The notes: generated by a model from the sequence alone, not told the origin. A stretch of DNA of 64,000 nucleotides from Deferribacterales bacterium (GCA_050251875.1 JBFWMA010000003.1:192001-256000), one strand, 5' to 3'. Counted from the stretch's first letter, positions 45,513 through 55,631 are shown. A program made the numbers and translations.

Positions 45513-47909
45513 ATGGCTCAAGCAGATCTGCACTGCCACTCAAAATTCTCAAAACATCCCTCCGAATGGTTTCTTCAGCGTATCGGAGCGGCGGAATCAT
45601 ACACAGAGCCCGATTTCATATATCAGACGGCTAAAGCTAGGGGTATGGATTTTGTAACCATCACCGACCACAACGTGATGGACGCCTCATACTACCTGAC
45701 AGAAAAATATCCGCAGGATACCTTCACGGGGACTGAGTTCACGGTTTATTTTCCAGAGGACGGGTGCAAGGTGCATATACTGGTATATGGTCTGACGCCG
45801 AAACAGTTCGATGTGCTCCAGACCGCCAGACGGGACATATATCAGTTCAGGGAATATATCAGAGAACAGAAGCTCGCTTATTCAGTCGCCCACGCCACAT
45901 ACAGCGTGAACGGCAGGCTGGCTCTGCACCACCTGGAAAAGCTGATGCTGCTTTTCGATGTGTTCGAGGGGATAAACGGCGGACGTGGAAAACTGCACAA
46001 CACCACATGGGTGCGCATACTGGAAAACCTCACTCCGCTCGCCATAGAAAACCTCTATTCCAGATACCGCATAGAGCCCATCAGCACAGACCCCTGGGTG
46101 AAAGGCTTTACCGCCGGATCAGACGACCACGCCGGACTCTTCCTCGGCAAGACATATACCCTGACCAGAGCCTCCAGCCCGGAGGAATATGTGACCCGCA
46201 TCAGAAACAAGGAATGCCGACATGCCGGACGATACAGCGATTTTCACTCGCTGGCGTTCACAGTGTATAAGATAGCCCACGATTTCAGCCGCACGAAAAA
46301 GAGCGTGCATTTCGCCGGAGGTCTCTTCAGCAAGATCACCAGCTATATCTTCGAACAGGAGAAGCCCAGTCTGATAGACCGTATCAAGCTGAAGGGTTTT
46401 AAGATGAAGACCGCCAACAAGGATGCCGGAAAGATCAATCACATGATAGCCGATCTGGTGGAGGAGATGCGCAGGGAATCTTTCAACAACATAGAGAAGA
46501 AGCTGAACATGGTGTATCACAAAGCGTCCGACATATCAGACGAATATTTCCGGCTGATGATCTCCCACATGGCTAAGGATGTGAACAGCATCAGTATGGA
46601 CGACCTCTACAGAAGCATAACAACGGCTCTGCCGGGCGTGTTTCTGTCCATCCCGTTCTTCAGCTCGTTTAACCAGATATATAAAGACAGGGAGCTTATA
46701 AACCAGCTCGAGGAAAAATTCAGCTATGGGTCAACCCCCGTCAGAAAACGCATACTCTGGTTCACCGACACCATCAACGATCTGAACGGCGTGTCTGTGA
46801 CTCTGCGCACCATAGGAAAGCTAGCGCATGATAAGGGATATGACCTGAAGCTGGTCTCCTGTCTGACACCGGAGGAGATAGACCACCGTCTGCCTCCCAA
46901 CCTGATAAATCTGAAACCCATAGAATCATTCGGACTGCCCTATTATGAAAAGATAACTATAAAAGTGCCCTCCATCATCAGGGCGCTGGAACAGATATAC
47001 GATTTCGAACCGGATGAGGTATATATCTCCACCCCCGGACCTGTGGGGCTTCTGGGGCTTTTGGCCGCCAGACTGCTGTCTGTGAAATCCACAGGAATCT
47101 ACCACACGGATTTTACGGGCGAGGCGAAGGAGATAACCAAAAACGACTCGCTGGTAAATCTGGTGGAGGCGTACACCCGCTGGTTCTTCGATTCCGTGAC
47201 AGAACTGAAGACCACATCCGCTCAGTATGTGGATTATCTGGAAGGCAGAGGCATCAGCCGCCACAAGATGAGCGTGTTCAAAAGGGGCATAGACGCAAAG
47301 CTCTTCACCCCCATGGACAAGAGGGAGAAGGGAGTCTTTACCCTGTGCTATGCCGGCAGGGTTTCACAGGATAAAAACCTCGATTTTCTTCTGGAGCTTT
47401 TCGATGAGCTGGAGAAAAAATACCGGCTGCGCCTGATAATAGCGGGACACGGTCCATACAGCCCCAGAATAGAGGAATTCGCCAAAGGACGTGACAACGT
47501 GATAGTGAAAGGCGAGATAGACCACGGCAAGATGCCGGAGATCTATGCCCAGAGCGACCTGTTCGTCTTCCCCAGCAATACCGACACATTCGGCATGGTG
47601 GTTCTGGAATCTCAGGCATGCGGTATCCCCGCCATAGTGTCAGACATGGGCGGACCGAAAGAGATAATCGAGGACGGCATGACAGGCATGGTAGCCCGTG
47701 CCAGCGATTATGCCGACTGGACGGAAAAGCTCACCAGAATGATAGAGCTGTGGCAGACCGACATAGCTGAATACAGAAAGCTGGGCAGAAACGCCAGAGA
47801 GAGAGTTTTGGAAAATTTCAACTGGGACAGGGTTCTGGAAGAGCTTTTCACCAGAAGACCCGGTTCCGTCACATCATCATCCGCTGTCAGCGAAAAACTA
47901 GCTGTCTAA
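45513..47909 (+). CDS. PHP phosphoesterase domain-GT4 glycosyltransferase fusion
   Basis: DLHCHS, ITDHN, EGING, GSDDH (PHP); FTDTINDLNGV, YHTDF, YAGRVSQDKN, FPSNTDTFGMVVLE (GT4). Confidence 0.88.
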   Translation: MAQADLHCHSKFSKHPSEWFLQRIGAAESYTEPDFIYQTAKARGMDFVTITDHNVMDASYYLTEKYPQDTFTGTEFTVYFPEDGCKVHILVYGLTPKQFDVLQTARRDIYQFREYIREQKLAYSVAHATYSVNGRLALHHLEKLMLLFDVFEGINGGRGKLHNTTWVRILENLTPLAIENLYSRYRIEPISTDPWVKGFTAGSDDHAGLFLGKTYTLTRASSPEEYVTRIRNKECRHAGRYSDFHSLAFTVYKIAHDFSRTKKSVHFAGGLFSKITSYIFEQEKPSLIDRIKLKGFKMKTANKDAGKINHMIADLVEEMRRESFNNIEKKLNMVYHKASDISDEYFRLMISHMAKDVNSISMDDLYRSITTALPGVFLSIPFFSSFNQIYKDRELINQLEEKFSYGSTPVRKRILWFTDTINDLNGVSVTLRTIGKLAHDKGYDLKLVSCLTPEEIDHRLPPNLINLKPIESFGLPYYEKITIKVPSIIRALEQIYDFEPDEVYISTPGPVGLLGLLAARLLSVKSTGIYHTDFTGEAKEITKNDSLVNLVEAYTRWFFDSVTELKTTSAQYVDYLEGRGISRHKMSVFKRGIDAKLFTPMDKREKGVFTLCYAGRVSQDKNLDFLLELFDELEKKYRLRLIIAGHGPYSPRIEEFAKGRDNVIVKGEIDHGKMPEIYAQSDLFVFPSNTDTFGMVVLESQACGIPAIVSDMGGPKEIIEDGMTGMVARASDYADWTEKLTRMIELWQTDIAEYRKLGRNARERVLENFNWDRVLEELFTRRPGSVTSSSAVSEKLAV

Positions 47910-49169
47910 ATGGGTGTGGAGTTTATAAAAGAATTTCTGCGCAACGCTCCGGCGTTCATCAGAGGCAGAACGGCAGGTCAGCTAGTCATCCAGACCACCG
48001 ATTTCTGCAACGCTAAATGTCCACAGTGCGGCATGCGTGTGCAGGAAAAATTTCAGAGAAGCAAGCTGGACAAGGAGACGATGCTCGCCATCATCGACAG
48101 AGCGGCGGAGAACAGGGTGAAGGCGCTGTCTTTCACCGGAGGCGAACCCTTTCTGTTCGAGGATACCCTGTTCGACTGCATCAACTATGCCCGCCTGAAA
48201 CGCATCCCCTACCTGCGCACAGGCACAAACGGATTCATGTTCATGGGCGCTGAGCGTCCGGATTTTTTATACCGTATGAGACAGTTCGCCCAGAAGCTGA
48301 AAGAGAGCGGTCTCTATACCTTCTGGATCAGTCTGGACAGCTGGGACATACTGGAGCACGAGACAGGCAGAGGGCTGAAGGGCGTGACGGACGGCATCCG
48401 CAGGGCGCTTCCGGTCTTTGCGGAGGAAGGAGTCTATCCGTCAGCTAACCTGGGCATCAACAGAACTCTGGTTCGGGGCGACATCAAGGTAAACAGCCAC
48501 AGCACCGATGCGGAGAAACAGCTTTTTTATAAAGCCTACCGCCACGGATTCGATAAATTCTACTCATTCGCCGCCTCGATGGGCTTCACCATCGCCAACG
48601 CCTGCTATCCTATGAGCATGCAGGAGGGGGCGGTCTATAAGGCGGAATCCTCAGACGACATGGTTACATACAACGACACGGAAAAACATCTGCTGTTTAA
48701 GGCGCTGTATGACACCATAGCCGAACACAGGTCGCATATACGCATATTCACGCCGAAGAGCTCTCTGCTGATGCTGATACGGCACTATGGGGGCGAGACG
48801 GGAGCCGGATTCGCCTGTTACGGCGGGATAGACTATTTTTTTGTGAACAGCGCCGATGGACACGCATACCCCTGCGGGTTCAGGGTGGGCGATGATCTGG
48901 GCAGATATGACAAGCTGGATACGCTGAAGATCCGGCAGAAGCCTTATTGCAAAGAGTGCGACTGGGAATGTTTCCGTGACCCGTCCAACCAGACTGGGGT
49001 CGTGGCGGAGCTGTTCCGGTCTCCGTTTAAGACGATCGGGTTTATGTTTCGTGACAGAAAATTCATGAAAGACTGGGCGACAGACATACTCTATTATTTC
49101 GCCTGCGGAATGTTCAATTTCAGGCTGAGCCCCAGATATGACCGGATGAGAAGATTTTCTAAAAATTGA
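47910..49169 (+). CDS. Radical SAM protein with SPASM/twitch-like C-terminus
   Basis: CNAKCPQC, FTGGEP, ISLD; ACYGG...YPCG...CKECDWEC. Confidence 0.88.
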   Translation: MGVEFIKEFLRNAPAFIRGRTAGQLVIQTTDFCNAKCPQCGMRVQEKFQRSKLDKETMLAIIDRAAENRVKALSFTGGEPFLFEDTLFDCINYARLKRIPYLRTGTNGFMFMGAERPDFLYRMRQFAQKLKESGLYTFWISLDSWDILEHETGRGLKGVTDGIRRALPVFAEEGVYPSANLGINRTLVRGDIKVNSHSTDAEKQLFYKAYRHGFDKFYSFAASMGFTIANACYPMSMQEGAVYKAESSDDMVTYNDTEKHLLFKALYDTIAEHRSHIRIFTPKSSLLMLIRHYGGETGAGFACYGGIDYFFVNSADGHAYPCGFRVGDDLGRYDKLDTLKIRQKPYCKECDWECFRDPSNQTGVVAELFRSPFKTIGFMFRDRKFMKDWATDILYYFACGMFNFRLSPRYDRMRRFSKN

Positions 49170-49827
49170 TTCTGATATCCCTGCCTTTTATGGTGATGTG
49201 ACCGTCCGCCGTCATCTGTTTGATGATCCGTGACAGGTTCTCTGGCGTGCTCCCCAGCAGAATAGCCAGCTCGCATCTGGGCACAGGCAGGCGCACGGTG
49301 TCGGACATGTTTTTTCTGGAGTGTTCACGCAGATATTTCTCCAGCCTCTTGCGGGTGTCGGTCATGCTGAGGTTTTCTATGTATGACATGTAGAAATCGA
49401 ACTCCCTCTTACAGCTTTTCAGCAGATTCTCCAGAAGGCGCGGATTCTTCAGAACTTCGTTCTTCACCGCGGATTTATCTATAACCAGAAGCTCTGTGTC
49501 TTCCAGCGCGGAAGCCGAGAGCAGACTGTGCCCGCCCATGATTCCGTTGGCAAATGATTCTCCAGCCGAGCTGTATTTCAGCACGATGTCCCTGCCCTCT
49601 TCGCTGGTGCGGAACAGCTTTACCAGACCGCTGACTACAAAAAAAGTGTGGTTGATCTCCTGCCCCTGGGCAAATATGATATCCTTCTTCTTTTTCACAG
49701 ATATAAAGCTGGCAGATGCTATTTTTTTTGCCAGCTCAGGGTTTTCTCCTCCGAACCGGTTTTTGATGAATTCGTTTACAGCAGAATTTTTTTTAGAAAT
49801 CTTAACACCTGTCAATGCAATCTCCAT
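49159..49827 (-). CDS. Crp/Fnr family transcriptional regulator
   Basis: cNMP-like fold (FFVVSGLVKL) and HTH ELAILLGSTPENLSR. Confidence 0.88.
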   Translation of the reverse strand: MEIALTGVKISKKNSAVNEFIKNRFGGENPELAKKIASASFISVKKKKDIIFAQGQEINHTFFVVSGLVKLFRTSEEGRDIVLKYSSAGESFANGIMGGHSLLSASALEDTELLVIDKSAVKNEVLKNPRLLENLLKSCKREFDFYMSYIENLSMTDTRKRLEKYLREHSRKNMSDTVRLPVPRCELAILLGSTPENLSRIIKQMTADGHITIKGRDIRINF

Positions 49828-49832
49828 TGTTT

Positions 49833-49857
49833 GATAATAAGACTCATTATCATTATC
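49833..49857. promoter_or_regulatory. Fur box (extended)
   Basis: GATAATAAGACTCATTATC plus an extra ATTATC, between the divergent Crp/Fnr and TonB receptor genes. Confidence 0.85.
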
Positions 49858-49945
49858 CGGATTGAGTTTGTCAAGAATAATCGGGGAAAATCAAACCCGA
49901 CCACAGGTTTTAGAGAAAAAGAATTGAATACATCAGGAGGTTACT

Positions 49946-52063
49946 ATGAAGGGACTGTCCGCAGCTCTGGCTGTGCTGATGGCTGTGAGCGTCACGGCGC
50001 ACGCCGAAAATCTGATGCAGGATACGATATATCTGGACGAGGTGTCCGTAAATGCTCAGCAGACACAGCAGCAGACTATGACATCCACCGACTACAGGGT
50101 GCAGGAGAAGAAGAGGAGCAACAACATAGCGGATTTTCTGGAGAGAGACCCGGAGATCAGCCTTAAAAGAAAAACGGTGATAGGCGACAGCGGAGACGTG
50201 ATGACTATCAGAGGTCAGAGCGGACAGAGGATTATGCTGAATCTGGACGGCAGAACCATAAACTCCACAGGGACTAACGGCGGAAACTATATCGATTTCA
50301 GCACGATTCCGCTGGATAATATCGACCGTATAGAAGTGATAAAAGGCGGCAGCAGCGCCGAATACGGCAACAACGCACTGGGCGGGGTAATCAATGCCTA
50401 CACGGTGAGACCCGCAGCCGCTCCGAGAGTCAGCCTTTACGGTACGCTGGGCTGGCTGGATGACGAAGACACTTTTTATAATGTGAGAGGCAGCTATTCG
50501 CAGAAATTCGGCGGTGTCGGAATCAGCCTCGGTCTCAGCCATCAGGAGGCGGACGCCTATCTGTGGAACAACGACTACAGCTCCAGCCACATAGCGCCCA
50601 AAATATACATCGACACCCCATGGAAAGGCGGCGAGCTGGTTCTGGGATATGATTATACCAAGACATACAGAGGGATGATCAGAAGCAACAGAGTGTCTGC
50701 TGATCCTGATGACCCAGGATATGAAGAGGAAGTGGATGACGCCGAAGTGCTTTCTCTGGGCGAAACCTTCTCCGGCGGTGCCGGCGGACAGGCGATGAGC
50801 CTTGTGGGAGACGGCGCTTATTATGACAAGATAAAACAGTTCTATACAGCCACATTCACCCAGAGCATAGGCTCCAGCGCGTTCTTTGAGCTGTCGGCTT
50901 TTGCGAACCACGAGGACAGGTTTGACAGAAACTATGCCTCAAAAACTATGGGCGGGATTCAGGAAGGCGCTCTGGTTCTGGACAGAAAGGTAGAGGTGGA
51001 CAGAAGTTACGGATATAAGGCGAAGACAGAAGTTCTGACAGACAGGCACAAGCTGGTCTTCGGGGCGGAACAGAAAAACCTGAGAGCGGGCGCCATTGAG
51101 GTAGATTATGTAGCTCCCGGTCCCTGGAAAGGCGGAATCGCCAGCTCGGATTCCGAGCCGAAGATAATAGCCGAGGGGATTTTTCTGTCCGACAGCTGGG
51201 ATATCACCAAGCGCCTGACAATGGACATCGGATTCCGCTATGACAGCTATGACGCCAGCCAGTACAAGACAAAGAGCGGCGTCATGCAGAGACAGAGATA
51301 TGAGGACGACAGCATCACTCCCAAATTCGGGCTGACATATGCCCTGACTCCCAATGACAAGATAGCCGTGTTCGTTTACCAGAGCTACAGAACACCTACC
51401 ATACCGGAGATGAACCACTTCTCCGATGCTCTGGGCGTGTCTCTGCTGGAGGACGAACAGCTTAAACCGGAGAAGGCGAACGCCATCGACATCGCCTATA
51501 AACACAGTTTCGCTGACAAGAAAGGATATGTGAAACTGTCAGCATATCACTATGACATAGATGATTATCTGCTGATGGGTACCAACCCGGTCACCAATTC
51601 CGGCAGAATCACATATAACATCGACAACGCTAAGTTCACCGGAGTAAGCGCTGAGGGAAGATACTCACTGACAAAATCTTTAACTGCGGGCGCCGGACTG
51701 GCATTCACAGAATCAGAGAAGAACGGCGATCCAGTTTCGGAATCATACAGCGAATACGCCTCTGACGAGGTGGACTATGTGCCTGATCTGAAAGGAAACG
51801 TTAACCTGGTCTGGAAAATATCAGAAAAATTCAGCCTCGATACCACCCTGAGCTATGTGGGCGAGAGAGAGTATTTCTATTATGGAAAATCCAGAGAGCT
51901 GGACCCCTATATGCTTCTGGGCACAAGCCTCAGCTGGGCGGCGAACAAGAGCACTGTGGTTGAGTTCTATGTGGATAATATCTTCGACACAGACTATGAA
52001 GAGCAGTACGGATACCCGGCGCTGGGGCTGAACGGCGGAGTGAGCGTGAAATGGACATTCTGA
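49946..52063 (+). CDS. TonB-dependent outer-membrane receptor
   Basis: Signal peptide, TonB box LDEVSV, plug IDRIEVIKGGSSAEYG..ALGGVIN, LKPEK, C-terminal WTF. Confidence 0.93.
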   Translation: MKGLSAALAVLMAVSVTAHAENLMQDTIYLDEVSVNAQQTQQQTMTSTDYRVQEKKRSNNIADFLERDPEISLKRKTVIGDSGDVMTIRGQSGQRIMLNLDGRTINSTGTNGGNYIDFSTIPLDNIDRIEVIKGGSSAEYGNNALGGVINAYTVRPAAAPRVSLYGTLGWLDDEDTFYNVRGSYSQKFGGVGISLGLSHQEADAYLWNNDYSSSHIAPKIYIDTPWKGGELVLGYDYTKTYRGMIRSNRVSADPDDPGYEEEVDDAEVLSLGETFSGGAGGQAMSLVGDGAYYDKIKQFYTATFTQSIGSSAFFELSAFANHEDRFDRNYASKTMGGIQEGALVLDRKVEVDRSYGYKAKTEVLTDRHKLVFGAEQKNLRAGAIEVDYVAPGPWKGGIASSDSEPKIIAEGIFLSDSWDITKRLTMDIGFRYDSYDASQYKTKSGVMQRQRYEDDSITPKFGLTYALTPNDKIAVFVYQSYRTPTIPEMNHFSDALGVSLLEDEQLKPEKANAIDIAYKHSFADKKGYVKLSAYHYDIDDYLLMGTNPVTNSGRITYNIDNAKFTGVSAEGRYSLTKSLTAGAGLAFTESEKNGDPVSESYSEYASDEVDYVPDLKGNVNLVWKISEKFSLDTTLSYVGEREYFYYGKSRELDPYMLLGTSLSWAANKSTVVEFYVDNIFDTDYEEQYGYPALGLNGGVSVKWTF

Positions 52064-52809
52064 GAAAAAAAGGGCAGAGCGCCGAAATGTGGGACAAGAG
52101 AGCACTGAGCTATCCGAGATATTCATCATCTCCGGATACCTTTGAGGCAGAGATAATAAAAATGACTGAGGAGGCGGGCGTCATTCTGACGCGCGCCTCT
52201 CTGCTGGATGTGGGCTGCGGCAGCGGAAAGTTCACCATCGGGCTGGCGAAGAAAGCCGGGCGGGTGCACGGGATAGACATATCCGGTGAAATGCTGAGGA
52301 TTCTGATGGAGGACGCGGAGAAAGAGGGCGTCCGCAACATCACCTGCGAAAAGACAGGCTGGGAGGGGTTCGACTGTGATATCAGATACGATCTGGTCTT
52401 CTGCTCCACCACCCCTGCGGTGAGAACTCCGGAGGACTATCTCCGTGTTCACGATATAGCCCGTAAGGCGGTGATATATCTCGGCTGGGCAGGCAGAAAA
52501 GATTCGGACATCACTCTGGAGGTCTGCGCCGCCCACGGCAGAAAGACGAAGAGTTTCAACGATACTCCCGATCTTAAAAAATGGCTGGATGAGAAGAAGA
52601 TTCCCTATAAAAACTTTGTGAAAGAGAATGATTTCGAAAGGGACTACCACAGGGACGAGATAGCCAAAATGTGTTTGGACGCAGTGGCGGATGATGAAAA
52701 CCGCTCAGCGCAGACGATAGATCAGATTCTGGACAAATATTCCCTGCCGGACGGCAGGATCAGAGACAGGCTGTATTTTCGCAGGGAGCTGATAATATGG
52801 GAAAAATAG
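52051..52809 (+). CDS. Class I SAM-dependent methyltransferase
   Basis: WDKRA, LLDVGCGSG, GIDISGEML. Confidence 0.9.
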   Translation: MDILRKKGQSAEMWDKRALSYPRYSSSPDTFEAEIIKMTEEAGVILTRASLLDVGCGSGKFTIGLAKKAGRVHGIDISGEMLRILMEDAEKEGVRNITCEKTGWEGFDCDIRYDLVFCSTTPAVRTPEDYLRVHDIARKAVIYLGWAGRKDSDITLEVCAAHGRKTKSFNDTPDLKKWLDEKKIPYKNFVKENDFERDYHRDEIAKMCLDAVADDENRSAQTIDQILDKYSLPDGRIRDRLYFRRELIIWEK

Positions 52810-53870
52810 CCTTAGCGGCGGCAATCGTTCTCTGCCTGAGCTTTACATCGCACAGCGCTGTGATGACGGATATGCTGGGGCGCAGTGTGGACGTGCCGGA
52901 TAAAAAGATAGAGAGGATTATCGCTCTCAGACACAGCATGAGCTTTATCTCTTATCTGGGGGCGCAGGGGATGGTGACCGCTGTGGAGAGGATAGACAAG
53001 AAGGACTATGAGAAACGTCCGTATGTCTTTGCCAACAAAGAAATTGTGAAAAATCTCCCCGTGATAAGCGAAGGCGGGGCAAAGGGAATCCCCAGCAATG
53101 AGATGATGATAGCCCTGAAGCCGGACGTGATATTCACCGTGACGCAGGACGCCTCTGAGGCTGATCTGATGCAGAGAAAACTGCGGATACCCGTGGTGGT
53201 GCTCAGCTATGGATACAGCGGAGTGGAGTTCAGCGATATATACCGTTCGCTGGAGCTGGCGGGAAAAATTCTGAACAGGGAACAGAGAGCGGCTGAGCTG
53301 ATATCATACATGGAAGGACTGAAAAAAGAGCTGGATTTTAAGCCGGACAAGAGAGCCAGAGCCTATATAGGCGGAGTGTCTTATAAGGGCACAAGGGGCA
53401 TAGACAGCACAGAGGCGAATTTTCTGCCGTTCCGGCTGGCGGGGGTGGAAAACACCGCGGATTCGGCAGGGCTGAAGGGGCATGTCTTTCTTCAGAAAGA
53501 GTATCTCACGCTGATGAACCCGGACATAATATTTATCGACAGCGCCGGATTTGAGCTGGTGGCGGGTTCTCACGCCAAAGACAGCGGTCTTCTGAAGAGG
53601 CTGAAAGCGTTCTCCAGAGGACAGGCATATCTTCTGCCTGCGAATACTTATTATTACACCAACATAGACCTGATGCTCGCAAATGCCTTTTTCATAGCTA
53701 AGATCGCTTATCCGGACAGATATAAGAATCTCGATCCGGACAGGAAGGCAGGCGAGATAATCAAAGCATTCACGGGAAAGGATATCTTTCCTGAGGTGAA
53801 GAAAGATATGGGCGGTTTCCAGCGCCTGCGTCTGGCTGACCGTGAGATAAAAGCGGAGGTCATTCGCTGA
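52797..53870 (+). CDS. Iron-complex ABC transporter periplasmic binding protein
   Basis: TDMLGRSV, E..IALKPDVI, LTLMNPDIIF. Confidence 0.88.
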   Translation: MGKIALAAAIVLCLSFTSHSAVMTDMLGRSVDVPDKKIERIIALRHSMSFISYLGAQGMVTAVERIDKKDYEKRPYVFANKEIVKNLPVISEGGAKGIPSNEMMIALKPDVIFTVTQDASEADLMQRKLRIPVVVLSYGYSGVEFSDIYRSLELAGKILNREQRAAELISYMEGLKKELDFKPDKRARAYIGGVSYKGTRGIDSTEANFLPFRLAGVENTADSAGLKGHVFLQKEYLTLMNPDIIFIDSAGFELVAGSHAKDSGLLKRLKAFSRGQAYLLPANTYYYTNIDLMLANAFFIAKIAYPDRYKNLDPDRKAGEIIKAFTGKDIFPEVKKDMGGFQRLRLADREIKAEVIR

Positions 53871-54895
53871 TGGGCGGCAGGATTGTTTTCTGGTTTGTGA
53901 TGACATTTCTCCTGTTCCTGTTCGTTCTGCTCGGTGTGAAGCACGGAGCGGTGCAGAGCTCATGGGGCGAGGCTCTCATGGCTCTGTTCCGGACAGGAAA
54001 CAATGATGATCTTATATATTTCATATGGCATCTGCGCCTGCCGAAAATTCTGGCGGCGCTGGCTGTGGGCGGTGCTCTGGCGGTGAGCGGCGTTATTCTT
54101 CAGAATATTCTGCGCAACCCGCTCGCTTCGTCATTCACGCTGGGTCTGTCACAGGGAGCGGCTTTCGGGGCGACATTTTCCATCATAGTGATGGGCTCCG
54201 GCATGGGATCCGGTCTTCTGATGGGCAATCTGGGGATGGTGGCGTTCGGCGCTTTCGCCGGGGCGATGCTGTCTGCGCTCATCATCCTGCTGTTCTCGTT
54301 CGTCAAGGGGATGACCCCGCAGGGACTGATACTGGCGGGTGTGGCTATGTCGGCGTTTTTCAGCGCCTGCACCATGCTGCTTCAGTATTTCTCCACCGAC
54401 ACTCAGCTTGCCGCCGCTGTCTTCTGGACATTCGGCGATCTGGGCAAGGGGAGCTGGTCGGAGGCTGTCACTGTTCTGGCGGTGATGGCGGCGGGCGTTC
54501 TGTTCGCTCTGAGGCACAGCTGGGACTACAACGCTGTCCAGTGGGGTGAGATGCACGCCGAAGGGCTTGGTGTGGAGGTGAAGAAGATCAGAATATATTC
54601 TCTGATAGTGACGTCTCTGATGTCCGCCTTTGCCACGGCATATTACGGCGTGATAGGTTTTGTGGGGCTGATAGCTCCGCACATGGTACGGATGATGTTC
54701 AGACACACGGGGCACAGTTTTCTGATACCCGCCTCCGCTCTGCTGGGCGGTGTTTTCCTTCTGGGAGCGGATACTCTGGCGCAGATGGTTTTTTATCCTC
54801 TGGCTCTGCCTGTGGGGGTTATCACGGCTTTTGCCGGAGTACCCATGTTTCTGTTCATACTTATGAAGAGGTCTATAAAAAATGGTAAAGGCTGA
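53870..54895 (+). CDS. FecCD family ABC permease
   Basis: LRLPK, LQNILRNPLA, GVIGFVGLIAPH, LPVGVITA. Confidence 0.92.
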   Translation: MGGRIVFWFVMTFLLFLFVLLGVKHGAVQSSWGEALMALFRTGNNDDLIYFIWHLRLPKILAALAVGGALAVSGVILQNILRNPLASSFTLGLSQGAAFGATFSIIVMGSGMGSGLLMGNLGMVAFGAFAGAMLSALIILLFSFVKGMTPQGLILAGVAMSAFFSACTMLLQYFSTDTQLAAAVFWTFGDLGKGSWSEAVTVLAVMAAGVLFALRHSWDYNAVQWGEMHAEGLGVEVKKIRIYSLIVTSLMSAFATAYYGVIGFVGLIAPHMVRMMFRHTGHSFLIPASALLGGVFLLGADTLAQMVFYPLALPVGVITAFAGVPMFLFILMKRSIKNGKG

Positions 54896-55631
54896 TAATG
54901 TCGGATTCCGGCTGAAAAACGGCAGAAAGATACTGGAAGGAGTGACTCTGGGGCTGAAAAGCTCGGAGATATGCGTGGTGATAGGTCCGAACGGGGCTGG
55001 CAAGTCCACTCTGATGAAGGTGATGAACGGAATCATAAAACCCACGGACGGCAGGGTGGACATAGGAGACGAGTGCGTTTCCGGCATGCAGAGGCGTGAC
55101 ATAGCGAAGAAGATAGCCTATCTGCCGCAGACGACCCATCCTGTGCCGTGCAGTGTTTATGAGACGGTTCTTCTGGGACGTAAACCATATATGAGCTGGC
55201 ATCCGAAAAAAGACGACCACGAAATGACCGAAGACGTGATGCGTGAGCTGGGAATATCTTCCATGAGGGATAAATGCGTCACGGAGCTTTCCGGAGGCGA
55301 GTTTCAGAAGATACTGATCGCCAGGGCGATGGTTCAGAAAGCCGATATCCTGATGCTGGATGAGCCCATAAACCATCTGGATGTTAAAAATCAGCTGGAG
55401 ATAATGGATACGGCGGAGCGGGTGACGAAGGAGCACGGGCTCTCCACTATGATAGTTCTGCACGATCTGAATCTGGCGCTCAGATACGCTGATTCTGTTC
55501 TGCTGATGGACGGCGGAAGATCTCTTTACTGCGGGGATAAGGACGGGATGTCTGAGGAAAAACTGTCTGAGGCATACGGAATTAATATATCCGTGAAGAA
55601 GATAGACGACAGAAGCGTTGTGATGTACTGA
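54882..55631 (+). CDS. FecE-type ABC ATP-binding protein
   Basis: GPNGAGKST, LSGGE, LDEPINHLD, LHDLN. Confidence 0.93.
   Translation: MVKADNVGFRLKNGRKILEGVTLGLKSSEICVVIGPNGAGKSTLMKVMNGIIKPTDGRVDIGDECVSGMQRRDIAKKIAYLPQTTHPVPCSVYETVLLGRKPYMSWHPKKDDHEMTEDVMRELGISSMRDKCVTELSGGEFQKILIARAMVQKADILMLDEPINHLDVKNQLEIMDTAERVTKEHGLSTMIVLHDLNLALRYADSVLLMDGGRSLYCGDKDGMSEEKLSEAYGINISVKKIDDRSVVMY

Noticed and set aside
49828..49945. Cobalamin riboswitch upstream of the TonB receptor
   Set aside because: The spacer is short, lacks B12-box motifs and contains a clear Fur box instead.
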